DNA from: Felis catus
Lineage: Eukaryota
Length of the DNA: 64,000 nucleotides
Direction of reading: 5' to 3'
NCBI RefSeq assembly: GCF_018350175.1
Contig: NC_058373.1
Location: forward strand, 109,494,001-109,558,000
This document shows, one piece after another, positions 12,870 through 26,387 of this stretch (position 1 is its first letter; each line of letters opens with the position of its first letter). The position numbers and the translations under genes are program-made. The notes beneath the pieces were generated by a model. The model was not told the origin of the DNA, searched no databases, and worked only from the letters and a program-made list of their open reading frames with translations.

Positions 12870-13086
12870 GGGGTGCCTGGGTGGCTCAGTGAGTTAAGCG
12901 TCCGACTTCAGCTCAGGTCACGATCTTGCGGTCCGTGAGTTCGAGCCCCGCGTCAGGCTCTGGGCTGATGGCTCAGAGCCTGGAGCCTGCTTCCGATTCT
13001 GTGTCTCCCTCTCTCTGCCCCTCCCCCGTTCATGCTCTGTCTCTCTCTGTCCCCAAAATAAACAAACATTAAAAAAAAATTTTTTT
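12870..13086 (+). mobile_element. Can-SINE (SINEC_Fc)
   Basis: TSD aaaacaaaacaaacca. Confidence 0.95.
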
Positions 13087-13668
13087 AAAACAAAACAAAC
13101 CAAAAACACCTTTTTAAAATGAAGGTGAAGCCCTTCTCGTTTCATTATTAGCTTTGCCTTATAGACTCTAAACTATGTCAGTGGGCTACTATTCTGTGCT
13201 TTCGTGGCTTAATCAATATTTCAGGGACAGACAGAAGCAGAGAGAGTTCAAACGGAGAAGTTGCTTACACGATTCTGTATCCTGAAAGGTGGCTCCAACA
13301 AAAAAAAAAAAAAAAAAAAAAGGAAAAGGAAAAAATACCCTAACCAAGAAAGGGTCCAGCATCCTTTTGCTTCAGGATCTTGATATTCCAGGGCCTAATG
13401 GGGATCGATGAGTAGCCTACAGAGTGTCCTAGTGGCACAAGTGATATTCATCTCGGTTGAGAAATTTGGACTTGGCTGAGCTCATCTGCTCTCACTGCAG
13501 GCCAAGGTTGCCTTTCACTTGCAAATCATGCTGTTGGCTTGGTTTAGAATATACATGGGTGAGGCATATGCTTATCCTTGCCGCCCAGGAAGATGTTGGC
13601 ATGGAGACATGTGAAGCCTCCTGATGGAAGCTCGCATTTATGGACTCTCCTCTTCTCTTCTCCCCTAG

Positions 13669-13727
13669 TGACTGTGACAGTGGGAGGCAAGCAACATTTG
13701 CTCGGACTGTATGACACGGCAGGACAG
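13669..13727 (+). CDS. RHOJ: RHOJ (TCL, Cdc42-like Rho GTPase) coding exon 2, 59 bp: (V)[19 protein letters not shown]
   Basis: Pyrimidine tract then AG at 13667-13668; GT at 13728; encodes the Rho G3 motif LYDTAGQ; phase 1 to phase 0. Exon 1 is outside the window. Confidence 0.97.
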
Positions 13728-16016
13728 GTACGTTTTTGCTGTTTTGATTCATCAAGGGTTTGGGAGTGGGGAGAATGATCCATTTGGCTAGGCACAGGGG
13801 GACTAGCAGTACAGATATTACATTTTCTGATCATTCGGGGCAAATTTATGGTCTGTCTAAGTGAAACTAAAGGCACATGCTTCATATCGTAAAAACATTT
13901 ATAATCACAAAAAAACTAACTCAAAGAAACGTTACTCGAGGTGTTGATAGGCAAGTAACAATTCATTGATGGACGGTTATCAGTAACCAAAATAACACAT
14001 TTGCCAAGAGTCTCAATTTCTTCCTGCCCATACCGATGCCAGATTCAGGATTAATGAGTCAATTTTATACATATTAGTTTCACTCATTTTTTTTTCATGC
14101 TATACTCTTTGCCCAGCCGTTATTTGAATTGCCTAACGAGCTGTGGAAAGGTCCAAAAAGAGATGGGGGGTGGGCGGGTTGGGGGGGGGGGAGCACAGGA
14201 GAGGGATTAAGTGCTGGAAAGAAGAAAAACCAGGATCCTGAATGGTTTCCAGAAGTGAGGGTCAACCCTGCGCAACTGGAGGTTGACTCTAAATTCTCTG
14301 AGATTCTTGAAATATTCTCACTCTGTCAGAGATGCCTTCAGGTTGGAGAATGTAACCAACCAATTATGTAAGGCCATAGACTAGAAAGAACCCTCAACAC
14401 TGATTCAGTCAGCACATGCCCTACTTAGATGAAAATGCCACCTTACCTTTCCTTCCTCACACCCCACACTCCACTCTGAAAGGCTTCTAATGTTATAAAT
14501 TCATGGGTTGGAGGCAAAGTGGTTAAGCAATTGATGGCCGTGGCCCAATTTCTTTCATAGAGCTCTTGTTACCATTGGGTCATTTATTTAGGTCAAAATC
14601 AGCAGGTTGTTCAGTCTGTCCAAATTCATACATCTTAAGTCCTTTGGAGTGAACGTTCACCAGGCTCTTTCCCACTGTGAGTTTCCTGCTAATTGTTCTT
14701 TGTAGTTATGCATTTGTCTGGGCCTTTTTCCCACAATTATCTGGAGATATGTCTTTTTGCTCAACTTGAAAACTCTCCACTAGGAAAACTAAGAATGAAT
14801 GGAATTCTCTTTGGGATTTCTGTGTGCATTTGCAAGGACCACGTATAAATGTCTGTGGGACACCAGAGGCTGATGCTGGGCAGGCCCGGGCAGTGGGGAA
14901 CTGGAAAATCTTGCACCAGACTCAAGACTCCTAAGAGTGTCCAGTTTCCCTTTGTTTGCAGATGGCTGTTGTAGCCAGCTACTCTCAGGAACTGGGTGGG
15001 GAAAGAGACTTCTCACCTCAATATCAAGACACTCAACTAGGAAAGGATGCTCCAAATGCCCAAATGGGAAAATTGGTTTGGCTCCTCTAGTCAAAGTACA
15101 AGGGTCTCCGGGCACCTCCTGCTTAACTGTGCCTCCACCAGAAAGCCTCCTGGCAATAGAGGTACACTGCTGTTTGGACTGGATTTGCCTACTTTCGTTC
15201 AGTCGTAGAGTCATTAGGCTGTCCCCATTCATCAGAAACTCACAGCCTGAAAGAGAGAGGAGTTTACACCCTTCACTCCCGTAGTCAGAGTTTATGAATA
15301 TAATCTAGTTGGAAAAGTTCCGTGCGGCAAGGATTATTGCCTGACTCTGAAGCCTCTTGCCTTCTGAAAAGCTCCCTGTGTCCCCATGCGCCCCTCTTCT
15401 ATAGCAACCCCTGACAATTGTTAGCTTCTGTGCATTCACTGTCCCCGGAGCAACCTCCCCAGGCCTCTGTTTAATTTCAAATCCAATAAAACTGTTTAAA
15501 AGCGCCTATAGAGTTTAATTATTCTTTCCCACTGCTGTCCTTTTTAGAAAAAAATTTTAAATAACACGAGTATAGGAGTTGAAGCTCTAAGGCAGTATAG
15601 AAATATCTTTAAACTCCAAATTGAAGGAAGTAGAATGATCCAAACCTCCGACAGAGGTGAAGTGATGGGCACTGATAAAATATCACAACAAGTGGGTTGT
15701 AGATACTTCTTCAACTTAACTTTGACTCTAATGCTTTCCATCAGCTCCTTTGAAAGCTCAAAAGGTGGACAAGGTTCACAGGGGAGCGTGCAGCATGGGG
15801 AAAAGGAGTCAGGACACATCTTAAAGTTCCTTCTAGGCCCTAAAATTCTATGATTAGGACTTTTAATAGACGACTTCGAGAAGGCCTAAAAGATCTGGAG
15901 TAATTAAGCTAAATGATGGGAGGCTAGACTCAAGGGAGACCTCCCAGCAGTAAAGCAGTGTTAAATATTGGAGTGTGTTACACTAAAGGGTGACATGCAA
16001 TTCATTTTGCAGGATA

Positions 16017-16387
16017 ATGGTGGTTTTCAAACTTGAGCAGACGTCAGAATCACCTGTGAACCCTGTTAAAACCCAGCCCCTGAGCCCCACTTTCAGAATT
16101 TCTGATTCTACGGGTCTGGAATGGGGCCCAAGAATTTGCACGTCTAACAGATTTCCTGGTGCTGCTGCTGCTGGTCGGAACACCGTATTGTCAGCATCAC
16201 TGTTCCGGAACCTTGCCACTCAAAGTGCGGCCCACCCGCCGGCAGCATCGGCATCACCAGGAAGCGTGTTAGAAATGCAGATTCTCAGGCCCCACCCCCC
16301 CCCCCCCCAGCCTACTGAATCTGAAAATTCATCTTAAGAAGATCCCCACATGATCCGTATGCAATAAAAATTTGAGAAACACGACTC
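16017..16387. mobile_element. Two adjacent MER5-type (hAT-Charlie) MITEs
   Basis: cagaatcacctg...gggcccaagaatttgca; gttagaaatgcagattctcaggccccac...aatttgagaaacac. Confidence 0.75.
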
Positions 16388-18544
16388 TGGAAGTCTTTGG
16401 TGGTCGAAGCATGGCTCCTCACCCTTCAGAGGCGGCAGCAGAAAACAACCCTAACCTGAGTGCATTCCCATGGTCCTACAACTCTGCCAATAAGGCTTTG
16501 TAACAGCTTTAACTTACAAGCATGATCCCCAAATTTCCATTCCCAGCCTCAGGCAGGATAATCCATCATCCTGAGTTATATTCTAGCAAATGTCGCTGAG
16601 GTCACACGCTCAAGGAACATTTAACTAATTCAAACATACTCATATGGCCAGAGTTACTAAGAAGAAAGAGAGGTGATCTCACAACCAACTGATTCATTCC
16701 CGAACCGCACAAAAGGAAATAAGTCTCTGAAACCAACTATAGAGTTCTGTCTTGCTGTGAATCATTCGATTTTCCTATATGAGTAAACCAAGGAGTAGTG
16801 TCCCTCCTCTGTGCCCTGAGCTCACTGTGGGTCAGCATTGATGAAAACAACCTCAAGAGGCACAGGTTCTGAACGGAAAAGTGATAGGAACTCAGTACTT
16901 CTGCCTTCAGAGTCAGCCCAAGACAAAAACGCTCGCACCCGGCTTCGTCCACATTGCTATGTCCGGTCTGCCCAGGACACCACCGCAGCCCCACCAGGCC
17001 CTCCTCGGACGTGCTCCTGGCCCTTCACGAGCCTGCCAAGCATTCGCCACAGACGGTCTATAATGAAGCCACGTGCATACACGGCCAGCACATGGCGGCT
17101 GCTATTAAAATTAGCTCCCGCCCCGAATCCCTGAAGCAAACAAATATTGGGACTTCAAGTGGAATCCTTTGAAAACAAAGAGTTCCTCTGTTAGGTGGAA
17201 TCCCAAACGCGAAGTGAGGCAACGTGAGGGATTGTTCGCAGGCTGACTCTGCAGGTTACCCCCTAGCTGACGCTGGAGAGGCAAGAAGGCCAGGCCCATA
17301 AAGCCAAACCTATCTAGGTCTCGCCAGGTCGTGCTGCACGGCCCATCTTTGGCTCAGATCTTTGGCTCAGCTACAAAGAATCCCAGAGCCAACTTTTCCA
17401 TGACGTACTTGCAGGCCAGTCCGTTTCGAGTGCGTCATTAGAGACTAAGGGGACGACGAGGGTGCCGGGGTGGGGACGCTGCGGCAAAGCCTGGGCATTT
17501 GCCAGCTGAGGAACGCCGAACCGGTGTGTCCCGGGTCATGGCTCAGAGCCAGGCGTCTTCCCACCCTGCTGCCGGCCACATAGAGTGGAACCAGCCACCG
17601 CAGTGAGGCATCTTGCCTCCCGCTCTCGGTGGGCACACGAGCCATGTGGGTGACGGTCTGCTCAGATTGTGGCCTCTCAGACCCAACTCCAGGATAGACA
17701 TATCTCAAAGGCAGCACTTCCAGGGAGGAATGAGGATCTCCTGGTGTCGGGAGCCCCGTTTCTCAGCAGGGTGAACCCCCAGGTTCTCTGCACACAGGCC
17801 CCACACGATGCAGTGCTATTTGTCAGCAAGCACAGGATGACGCGGAGAAACCACAGCCCCCAGCAGCTCAGCTGTCACCCATGACCGTGGAAGTGTGGGA
17901 ACAGAAAGGCCATCAGCCACACCCCTCCCTCAGCTGAGACTACACACTGCTTGTCTTCACCTGCCCAGATTTCTGAAGCCCCTCGGCCCCCACGGGCTTA
18001 AAGAGGCAAGTGGCCAGGCGGGGAGGCAAGTACAGGTGGGGTCCATTAATGGCAACCCACTTGGAAGGACACGAGCCTTCCCTTTTGCTATCGGCTGACC
18101 CAATGGGGCCATCAAGAGCACAGAACCTGGCATCCTCCATGGATCCCCCATGGAAAGTTTGCCTAAAACAAACTCTAGGCTTTGCCTAAAGCCTCAACAC
18201 AAACGTTTTTCCTCAATAAGCAAGCCAACCTTCTTGCTCACGTGCATCTTCACGTGGTTTTAGAAGTGTGCAATTTGGAGGACGTGAAAGAAGTTTGCTC
18301 ACGTGACAAGTTACTGGTAAAAGTAGCCTTAGGACACAAACTTATTTCTTCTCAAATTATAACAAAAAATAGAGCCGTAGAGACATCGATTCAGAGGTGC
18401 AATCGGGGTATGCAAGCACTTGGGTCTCTTTACTACTCAGTTTAGAAAAAGTTAATTTCGGGTTCAGCCCCAGGAGCCAATGAGGGTAGGGACACTACAG
18501 CCGTTGTTGACAAGACGGGCTCTTGACCACCAAAGAACTTAATA

Positions 18545-18720
18545 CATCCAAGACACTGCTGTAAGCGGTCTACACATACTAACACGTTTTATTCTCAAAC
18601 AACCCTATGGGGCAAGCACTATTATCGACCTCATTTTACAGGCGAAGAAACTGAGGCAGAGAGAACTTACCCAGCGTCACAGAGTAGTCACAGGCAGTAC
18701 TGGGATTGGAACCCAAAGAA
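18545..18720. mobile_element. MIR
   Basis: ctcattttacaggcgaagaaactgaggcagagag. Confidence 0.7.
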
Positions 18721-19877
18721 TGCGTCCCCCTAGCCCATGCTCCTAAGTACTATGCTACACTCCCACCCTCTGGATGTTACCCACATTTCCCAAACCAAGC
18801 CTGACAGATAGGAGTGTACTTGATGGGAGAATCCGAAAATGAGACATGTGCTAAAATCTGGGATAAATGTCACTAAGCCCAGGAGGACTTTGAAGCCGAA
18901 TGCTACATCCAATTTAATGTGGGTGTGGGCTGCGGTGGGGTTAGGGGAGACTCAGTGCAACTCTCCTGTCCCTCAACATGTGGTCCCTGGACCAGCGACA
19001 TCGGCGTCACCTGGAAGCTCGTCAGAAATAAATCGGTGGCCTTCGCCCCAGACCTGCTGCTGCATGAGAGGCTGCACATTAACACGACTCGAGTGTGCCT
19101 AAGGTCTGAGGAGGACTGGTCAAATAATTTCACTTTGCTCCCCACCTGGGCCATCATGCCGTGGCTCTTCCAGACACTTGTGGAGGGTGTTTGGCCATCT
19201 GATGAGGCTGTCCCTGAGCTGTAGTTTCTTAATAGTTGCCCAATCCAAGAGCACCAGATCTGCCTTCAAACCAGTCTCCCGCCTTTGGGGTAAAGTTGGT
19301 GGAAAGTACTCAAGAGCCCACCTTGCCTCAAATCCTTCCCTATCCCCTGAGACCCCCAGCCAGCCAGCCAGCCAGCCAGCCTCCTTGCCCATTTTAGCCC
19401 TCCAGAGCCCCACTCAAGTCGCAAGTTTAGAGTAACACCTTGTCTCCTCAAGAAGCCTTCAAGACTGGTCTTCCATTCTCAGCTTCAACATGAGAATGGG
19501 GGGCGTGAAATACCAGCTAGACCATCGATTCATTTCCCAGAGCCCCTTCCCACCATCCCAACATGTGGTCATCCAACCCAGGCTCGGAATGTGCCCTGGT
19601 GAGAAAAACTCATCAGCTGATACGAATTCAAATCCCCCAGCCTCCCAGCACCCAGCCCTCCATCTCACGAGGACACTTGCCTTTATTAATGCTGAACCCT
19701 CAGCCACATTTCATCACCATAGCCTGTGGCAAATGGGGGCCGACGGGAGTCCTGCCGGTCCAGGTGTGAACCTCCTTCAAAGGTGTGTTTGCTCTGTAGC
19801 CCTGATTAAATCACTCAATCTGTCTAGAGTTTCACTTCTTAAACCACAAAATCAGCTGAGAGGGAAGGAATGATAAG

Positions 19878-20058
19878 CTGCAGTTCTGAAACTTGAGCTG
19901 CAAGAGCGTCACCCGGACAATTTGTTGCACCACATACGGTGCAGGCGATCCCCAGGGCCTTGGCTTCGGGAGGGCTGGGGAAGGCCTGAGAATGTGCGTT
20001 GCTCACAAGCTCCCAGGCCAAGGCTGCTGGTCAGGGGCCACACTTTGGGAGCCACTGC
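19878..20058. mobile_element. MER5A-type MITE
   Basis: aaacttgagctgca...ggcctgagaatgtgc...gggccacactttgggagccactg. Confidence 0.65.
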
Positions 20059-20204
20059 ACTGACTGATCTCTAAAACCTCTTGCAGCCCTCATCTGTATT
20101 TCTCCAATTCAGTCAACTAAATACTCTCTGGTATTCTGTTATCACAGAGCTAACCAAGAGCAAGAGAAATGTCACCTGTCTCACTTCCAAATAAATTGAG
20201 TAGA

Positions 20205-20338
20205 CATAGACTCTGAAGCAGGCTCCAGGCTCTGAGCGGTCAGTGCAGAGCCTGATGTGGGGCTCGAACTCATGACCGGTGAGATCACGACCTGAGCCAA
20301 AGTCGATGCTCAACCAACTAAGCCACCCTGGCACCCCA
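20205..20338 (-). mobile_element. Truncated Can-SINE
   Basis: Head region only. Confidence 0.85.
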
Positions 20339-20702
20339 GAGTTACACAGCTGGACCAAGCTTTCCACAGGAGAGATATCCAGAACACAGAGCAAGATAAA
20401 GCCCACTAAAGGCGAAGGTCAGAAGTCACTCAGCTGAGGGCCTTGGCTACCCTGCCAGGAGGGTAAATGATCAAAAACACCCAAACTCCTCTCCCGTGCC
20501 CACCCACAGTCCCACAGGCAAACCCTGGTCTTCCTAACTTTTCCAGAATGTAAGCGGAATTCCTTTGATGGCTTCTGGGTAAAAAATCAGATAAACAGGA
20601 TCCTTTCAGACCACCAGTTATTTGTTCCTACCTGATCCAGTAGTGACCCTTCTGAACACGCAATTTTGTTGGTTGGCGTTGAGGGTTTAAATATACAGTG
20701 TC

Positions 20703-20720
20703 TGCTGCCATCTGCTGGTA
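20703..20720 (-). promoter_or_regulatory. CTCF core motif match
   Basis: Minus strand TACCAGCAGATGGCAGCA. Confidence 0.55.
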
Positions 20721-22017
20721 ATTTCTAGCAAGTGCAGGCCATGAAATAGATCCTATATCCGAAGGTCCAACATTTCTTAGATTCCTAGGTCAAGATATAT
20801 ATCCGTATTAAGATATCCAGATAACTGAATTTTCAAAAAAAAATGCTTAATCTGCTGCTTAACATTCTGAGCTGAAACAAATAATGGGGTCATAATGAAG
20901 AGCTGGAGCTGGATTCGGGCTAAAGAGCCCATCCCAGTATTTAATAGCTCTGAGACATTCGTTCACTACCGAACTTCTCTGAACTTACGTTCCTCTTCTC
21001 TGAAATATGAATGTTGATGCTGCCATGTCTCCGGTGCTAGTGAGGATTCAAGACACGTAAGTGCCTGAAACAATGCCTGGCCCTTCGTAATAAGCCCTTG
21101 ATCCATCCTCAGTGACGAAGATAAAGATAATGCAAATCATTTGTTCTCAACTCCATGCCAGTTCCAACCAATTATATCAGAATGCCCAGCTACCCAGGCC
21201 CACTCTCCACAAATCGTGATTTAATTGGTCCCGGAGTGTGGGGAGAGAGGCAGCAGGGTGTCAGGATGGTCTTAAAGCTCCCCAGGTGATTCTAAAGAAA
21301 ACCCTGCAATAAATGCCCCACAGAAAAGCCATGTGTTCGTTGGCAATTCACTGCGGAGAACCTGGTGTCATCCAATCAGTCAACGGCATTTATGGAATGT
21401 TCGCTGTGGACAGAGTAGAAGTAGGGCATGAGGAAAAAAATAAACAAAACAAACAAAAACCAGGATGGTCCCTGCTCCATTTATCACAATCCAGATGGGA
21501 AGATGAAGTGGCAAAGGGCAGGTGGGGTACCATGAGCAGCTGTAGATTGTGGCCTGGGAAGGAGAGTTCTTAGCTTGTCAGCCTCACAGCTCCCCTCTAA
21601 CAGAAAGCCCCAGAGAGTAAGGAAAGCAGTGCAGAGACCAGGGGCCAGAAGTTTTGGTTACAGGGCTCGTTGGGTAAAGAGAAGGGGAGAGTGACAAGAA
21701 ATGAGCTGTCCACTTCCCCACTGCCCTGTCACCACCCCCTCCCCCCCCCATCACCACCACCACATACACGACACACACGCACGGGCACAATTCAGCTGCT
21801 ATGCAGCCAGTAGGCCGGGCCCAGCTGTCCACTGTGACCAGTGTTTATTCAGCAATGCACCCAGCTCCTACTTATTTGCTTTAATAGAAAAGTGATAAAT
21901 GAGCCACGATCCGTGATTTTTTTATATTCTTTTAGTTTATTTTCTAGGACTTGGATTTTTCGGCATCCTTGCCATCTTATGCTGCATTTTGTTTGGGTGA
22001 CTAAAAATCTTTGCTTA

Positions 22018-22230
22018 GGAGCGGCGGGGTGGCTCAATCGGTTAAGCGTCCGACTTCGGTTCACATTAGGATCTCGAGGTTCATGAGTTCGAGTCCCACA
22101 TCGGGCTCTGTGCTGACAGCTCAGAGCCTGGAGCCTGCTTCAGATTCTGGGTCTCCCTCTCTGCCTCTCCCCCATTTGCACTCTGTCTCTCTCTCAAAAA
22201 TAAATAAATATTAAAAATAAATAAGTAAAT
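22018..22230 (+). mobile_element. Can-SINE
   Basis: Head, CT tract, A-rich tail; TSD-like tct(t/c)tgcttagg. Confidence 0.9.
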
Positions 22231-22524
22231 AAACACCTCTGCTTAGGTTTTAGTAGTGTTAGCAAGAGTGATGGCTGCGGCCATGTGTACTGATTCCCTG
22301 TGGGCTGGGTACTTGGAGTATCTAAACAGAATCAGAGATCAGCACATGCTCATTGACCAGAGATGCCACATAACCCACTAAAGGACTTCCTTCTAGTCAC
22401 ACGTGTACATATATATGTGTACTCCCTTTTTATAAAGGCATCATGAGACTCAGTAGAAAGATAGCAAGGTTGATATTTTTAAATATCCATGACCTATTAA
22501 GGTTAAAAAAATCAAGGGACACAA

Positions 22525-22708
22525 GGGGCGCCCGGTGGCTCAGAACCATGATCAGGTCATGATCTCATGGTTTGTGGGTTCGAGTCCTGTGTCGGGCTCT
22601 GCTGACAGCTCAGAGCCTGGAACCTGCTTCAGATTCTGTGTCTCCCTCTCTCTCTCTGACCCTCCCCTGCTCACACTCTCTTTCTCACTCTCCCTCAAAA
22701 ATAAATAA

Positions 22709-22715
<7 letters not shown>
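22525..22715 (+). mobile_element. Can-SINE with rearranged head, followed by (TA)n
   Basis: SINE body with (TA)n at ~22715-22748. Confidence 0.85.
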
Positions 22716-22756
<41 letters not shown>

Positions 22757-23705
22757 TATAATCAAAGGATACAACAATATGAACTATGTAATCAATTTAT
22801 CTTTTTTAAAATGAACACGTCTGTTACATATGTAAATAAATATAAAATATTCAAAAGGATACGGTTAAACCATGGCTTCCTCTAGGAAGAGAGGAAAAAC
22901 TATTAGAGATTACATATTTGAATTGCAATGAGCATATATGAGTCTAATAATGTTTTTTCATGTTAAGAAGAGGAGTCAGGACCCTAGTAAATGAATCGCT
23001 ATGTTGCACATGCCTATGTGTATGTGGTAAGTGTGAACATACAGATTTGGTTGCCCTATGTATGTACGTAGTGTGCATATATATATATGAACGATCCATG
23101 GCGTGTGTGACAAGTATGTCATATTGTGGTGTGTGCAGATATGTATGTATACGTAGTGTATACTTATGTAATATCAAGTATACACACACATAACATTACT
23201 TTTGGCTTATGTGTTACTAAATTCTACAAAAATATAAACGTTATATTGAAATAGCAGATTTACCTCGGAACCTCCTAGAACATTTCACATACTGTGAAAG
23301 TTACTTGCTGACACTTTCCCAAAGGTGAGATGTTCCAATGTTTTACTTTGTCTTTATCTTCTTCTGCTCTGACAGCATATACATAAACAACCTACATAAG
23401 CCAGAACTCTCCAACCAGAACATATTCTGGTTTGAAACCTGGGGAAAGAATCAATCTGGTATTTTATTATTTAGGCCATGCTATGGCCTCTAGGTAGACT
23501 TCACAGGAAACCCTGAATTCTGAACTCTCAACCCTCACCCAATATATTTCTACAAAATTGTGCCGTCTGATTTGGCAGCAACTCTTTGCTTTACATTTAC
23601 AGCTAGCTTATTCTAAATTAAATTTGCATGGAATTTTTAAAAATTGTGTAAGAAGAGAACTGCTGTGCCTTAGCCGATTGCGCACTAATTTAAATCCACA
23701 TTCAA

Positions 23706-23931
23706 GGGGCGCCTGGGTGGCGCAGTCGGTTAAGCGTCCGACTTCAGCCAGGTCACGATCTCGCAGTGCGTGAGTTCGAGCCCCGCGTCGGGCTCTGGGC
23801 TGATGGCTTGGAGCCTGGAGCCTGTTTCCGATTCTGTGTCTCCCTCTCTCTCTGCCCCTCCCCCGTTCATGCTCTGTCTCTCTCTGTCCCAAAAATAAAT
23901 AAAAACGTGGAAAAAAAATTAAAAAAAAAAA
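23706..23931 (+). mobile_element. Can-SINE (SINEC_Fc), young
   Basis: TSD taaatccacattcaa. Confidence 0.95.
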
Positions 23932-24109
23932 TAAATCCACATTCAATACAACACAACTCCATTCAATACAGCACAATGCGACGGGGAACTGTAATAATCC
24001 TTATTGAATTATACACATTAAATGGGTGAACTTTATAGTATGTAAATTATCTCACTAAAGCTCCTTAAAAAATTGCTTCCTAAGTTTTTCCTAAATGGAA
24101 GATATTTAC

Positions 24110-24355
24110 GGGGCACCTGAGTGGCTCAGTCAGTTAAGCATCTAACTCTTGATTTGGCTCAGGTCATGATCTCACAGTTTGTGAGTTTGAGACCATGTCA
24201 GGCTCTGGCCTGACAGCATGGAGCCTGCTTGGGATTCTCTCTCTCCTTCTCACTCTTCTCTCCTTCTCTCTCTCTATCCTTCTCTCATCCCCCGCTGGTG
24301 GACACGCACATGAGCGTGTGCATTCTCTCTCTCACAAAATAAATAAATTTTAATT
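24110..24355 (+). mobile_element. Older Can-SINE
   Basis: gggcacctgagtggctcag...gcctgcttgggattctctct. Confidence 0.88.
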
Positions 24356-24588
24356 TTGAAACTATGGGGGGGGGGAGGGGGTGCTATTTACAATCTCTAT
24401 ACACAGCAAAAAGGTGTTTTTCTGACTGATGGCTCCTTTATTTCTAGCAATGCCTATAGGGAACCACCAGATCCCAGGGCGGGAGCAGGAGCAGGTCACG
24501 GGGAGCTGTGGTGGAGTCTTGCCCAGAACACTGAAGCACGTAGGGCCCGCCTTCCCGAGTCTGTACAAACTCTTTGCTCTACCTGCAG

Positions 24589-24753
24589 GAGGACTACAAC
24601 CAGCTGAGGCCGCTCTCCTACCCCAACACAGATGTGTTTTTGATCTGCTTCTCTGTCGTAAATCCTGCCTCTTACCACAACGTCCAGGAGGAATGGGTCC
24701 CGGAGCTGAAGGACCACATGCCTCACGTGCCTTACGTCCTCATAGGGACCCAG
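24589..24753 (+). CDS. RHOJ: RHOJ coding exon 3, 165 bp: [55 protein letters not shown]
   Basis: ctgcag acceptor and CAG|gttag donor; switch II and core sequence of RhoJ; in frame with exon 2. Confidence 0.98.
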
Positions 24754-25839
24754 GTTAGAGGCGGGTGATGGCAAGGTGTGGTGGGCAGGGCAGGAGGGCA
24801 GCAAAAAAGGGAAGACCAGGCTTCTCTGGAACAGCCTATTTCACCAACACTAGGGAAGAGTGTGTCTGATGTATCAACCCCAGAAGCAGCCGTGCCTAAG
24901 ACCTGCATGATTATTTAGCTCGTGGTCGAAAGAACAATAGAGCTATTTACACGAAGAGGAGGTTTTGATGTGATCTTTAAAAATTAATCCCTCTGCTCTT
25001 TATTTTTAAGTAACAAAGTACTTTTTGAAGTAGACACCCTTCTCCAGTCCTGAGCCAGAGGAACGAGGTGCGGGTGTCGATCGCGCTAATTACCTAATCT
25101 TTTTTTTTTATATATCTGAAATCTACAATTGTTTGAAAGTCACAGAATAGGTACGGATGTCAAAGTGACCCCAAAAGTCCAAATGGGCACATTACTCCAG
25201 GAGCTCCATAACACCACTGGAGAAAGACAGAAATTCACTCTTCTCTGTTCCCTTTAAACCTCTTGGTCTTTTGGATCTTAGGAAAGAAGTTAAAAACAGA
25301 TGTATTAGATACACAAACCTGTGGCTGTAAAGGGCCTGAAAATGTTTTGAAAGCTAATAAAGTTCTATAATTTGAATTACCAACAGGAAGCCAATTGCAC
25401 AAATGTGTTCAAGATTGTTCCTACTTCTTATAATTTTGAAAGAATTTTGTTCTTTGCTAAATTACTATCCAAAGACACAGAAATGTAATACTATGGAAGG
25501 GTTTTATTATTATCTGTTTCATATGTTCCTGTTTTCTATTTCTCCTTTTATATTCTGACTGAAAAGAGAAATTTTTAAAAATAGTAAAAGCATTTCCTAG
25601 AGAAGATATGGACAGAAGATTAACACATCCAAAAATCAGAGTGTAGTTAATGCTTCTACTCTGAAAGAGAATTGTTTAAAAGCAGGCTTTTACCCTAATT
25701 CCAGATGATGATGTTTGACCATACTGACAGAGCCCAGATCCCTGCTGCCAAAATATGTGACAGGACATAAACCTCTCTGAGCGATTTGCGCCTCTTTTAT
25801 AATTGGTGGCACTACACTGGACAATCAAGACCAAAAAAG

Positions 25840-26048
25840 AGGGGCACGAGGGTGGCTCAGTCGGTTTAGCATCCAACTCTTGGTTTTGGCTCAGGTCGTG
25901 GTCAGATCGAGCCCCACACTGGGCTCTGTGCTGACAGCACGGAGCCTGATGGGGATTCCCTCTCTCTCTGCCCCTCTCTACCCCTTCCCCACGAGCAGGT
26001 ACTCTCTCTCAAAATAAATTTAAAAAAATTTTTTTAAATAAATAAATA
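25840..26048 (+). mobile_element. Older Can-SINE
   Basis: TSD agaccaaaaa(a)ga. Confidence 0.88.
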
Positions 26049-26194
26049 GACCAAAAAGAAAAAACCCACAGATCGCTAAAGCAGAACAATGTGCTTATAA
26101 ATGGTACTCTAATGTATAAATATTTCGGTTTTTCTTTAAAAGTCACATTTACACCCATTCATGTGTGCATAGGTTCACATACACATTGAGATCT

Positions 26195-26387
26195 TTTTAA
26201 GTTTATTTATTTATTTATTTTGAGAGAGAGAGAGACAGAGAGGGAGTGGAGGAGGAGCAGAGAGAGAATCCCAAGCAGGTTCCACACTGTCCGTGCAGAG
26301 CCCGAGGTGGGGCTCGAACTCAGAAACCGTGAGATCACAACCTGAGCCAAAGTCACATGCTTAGCCAACCGAGCCACCCGACACCCC
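26195..26387 (-). mobile_element. Older Can-SINE
   Basis: Reverse SINE body. Confidence 0.88.
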
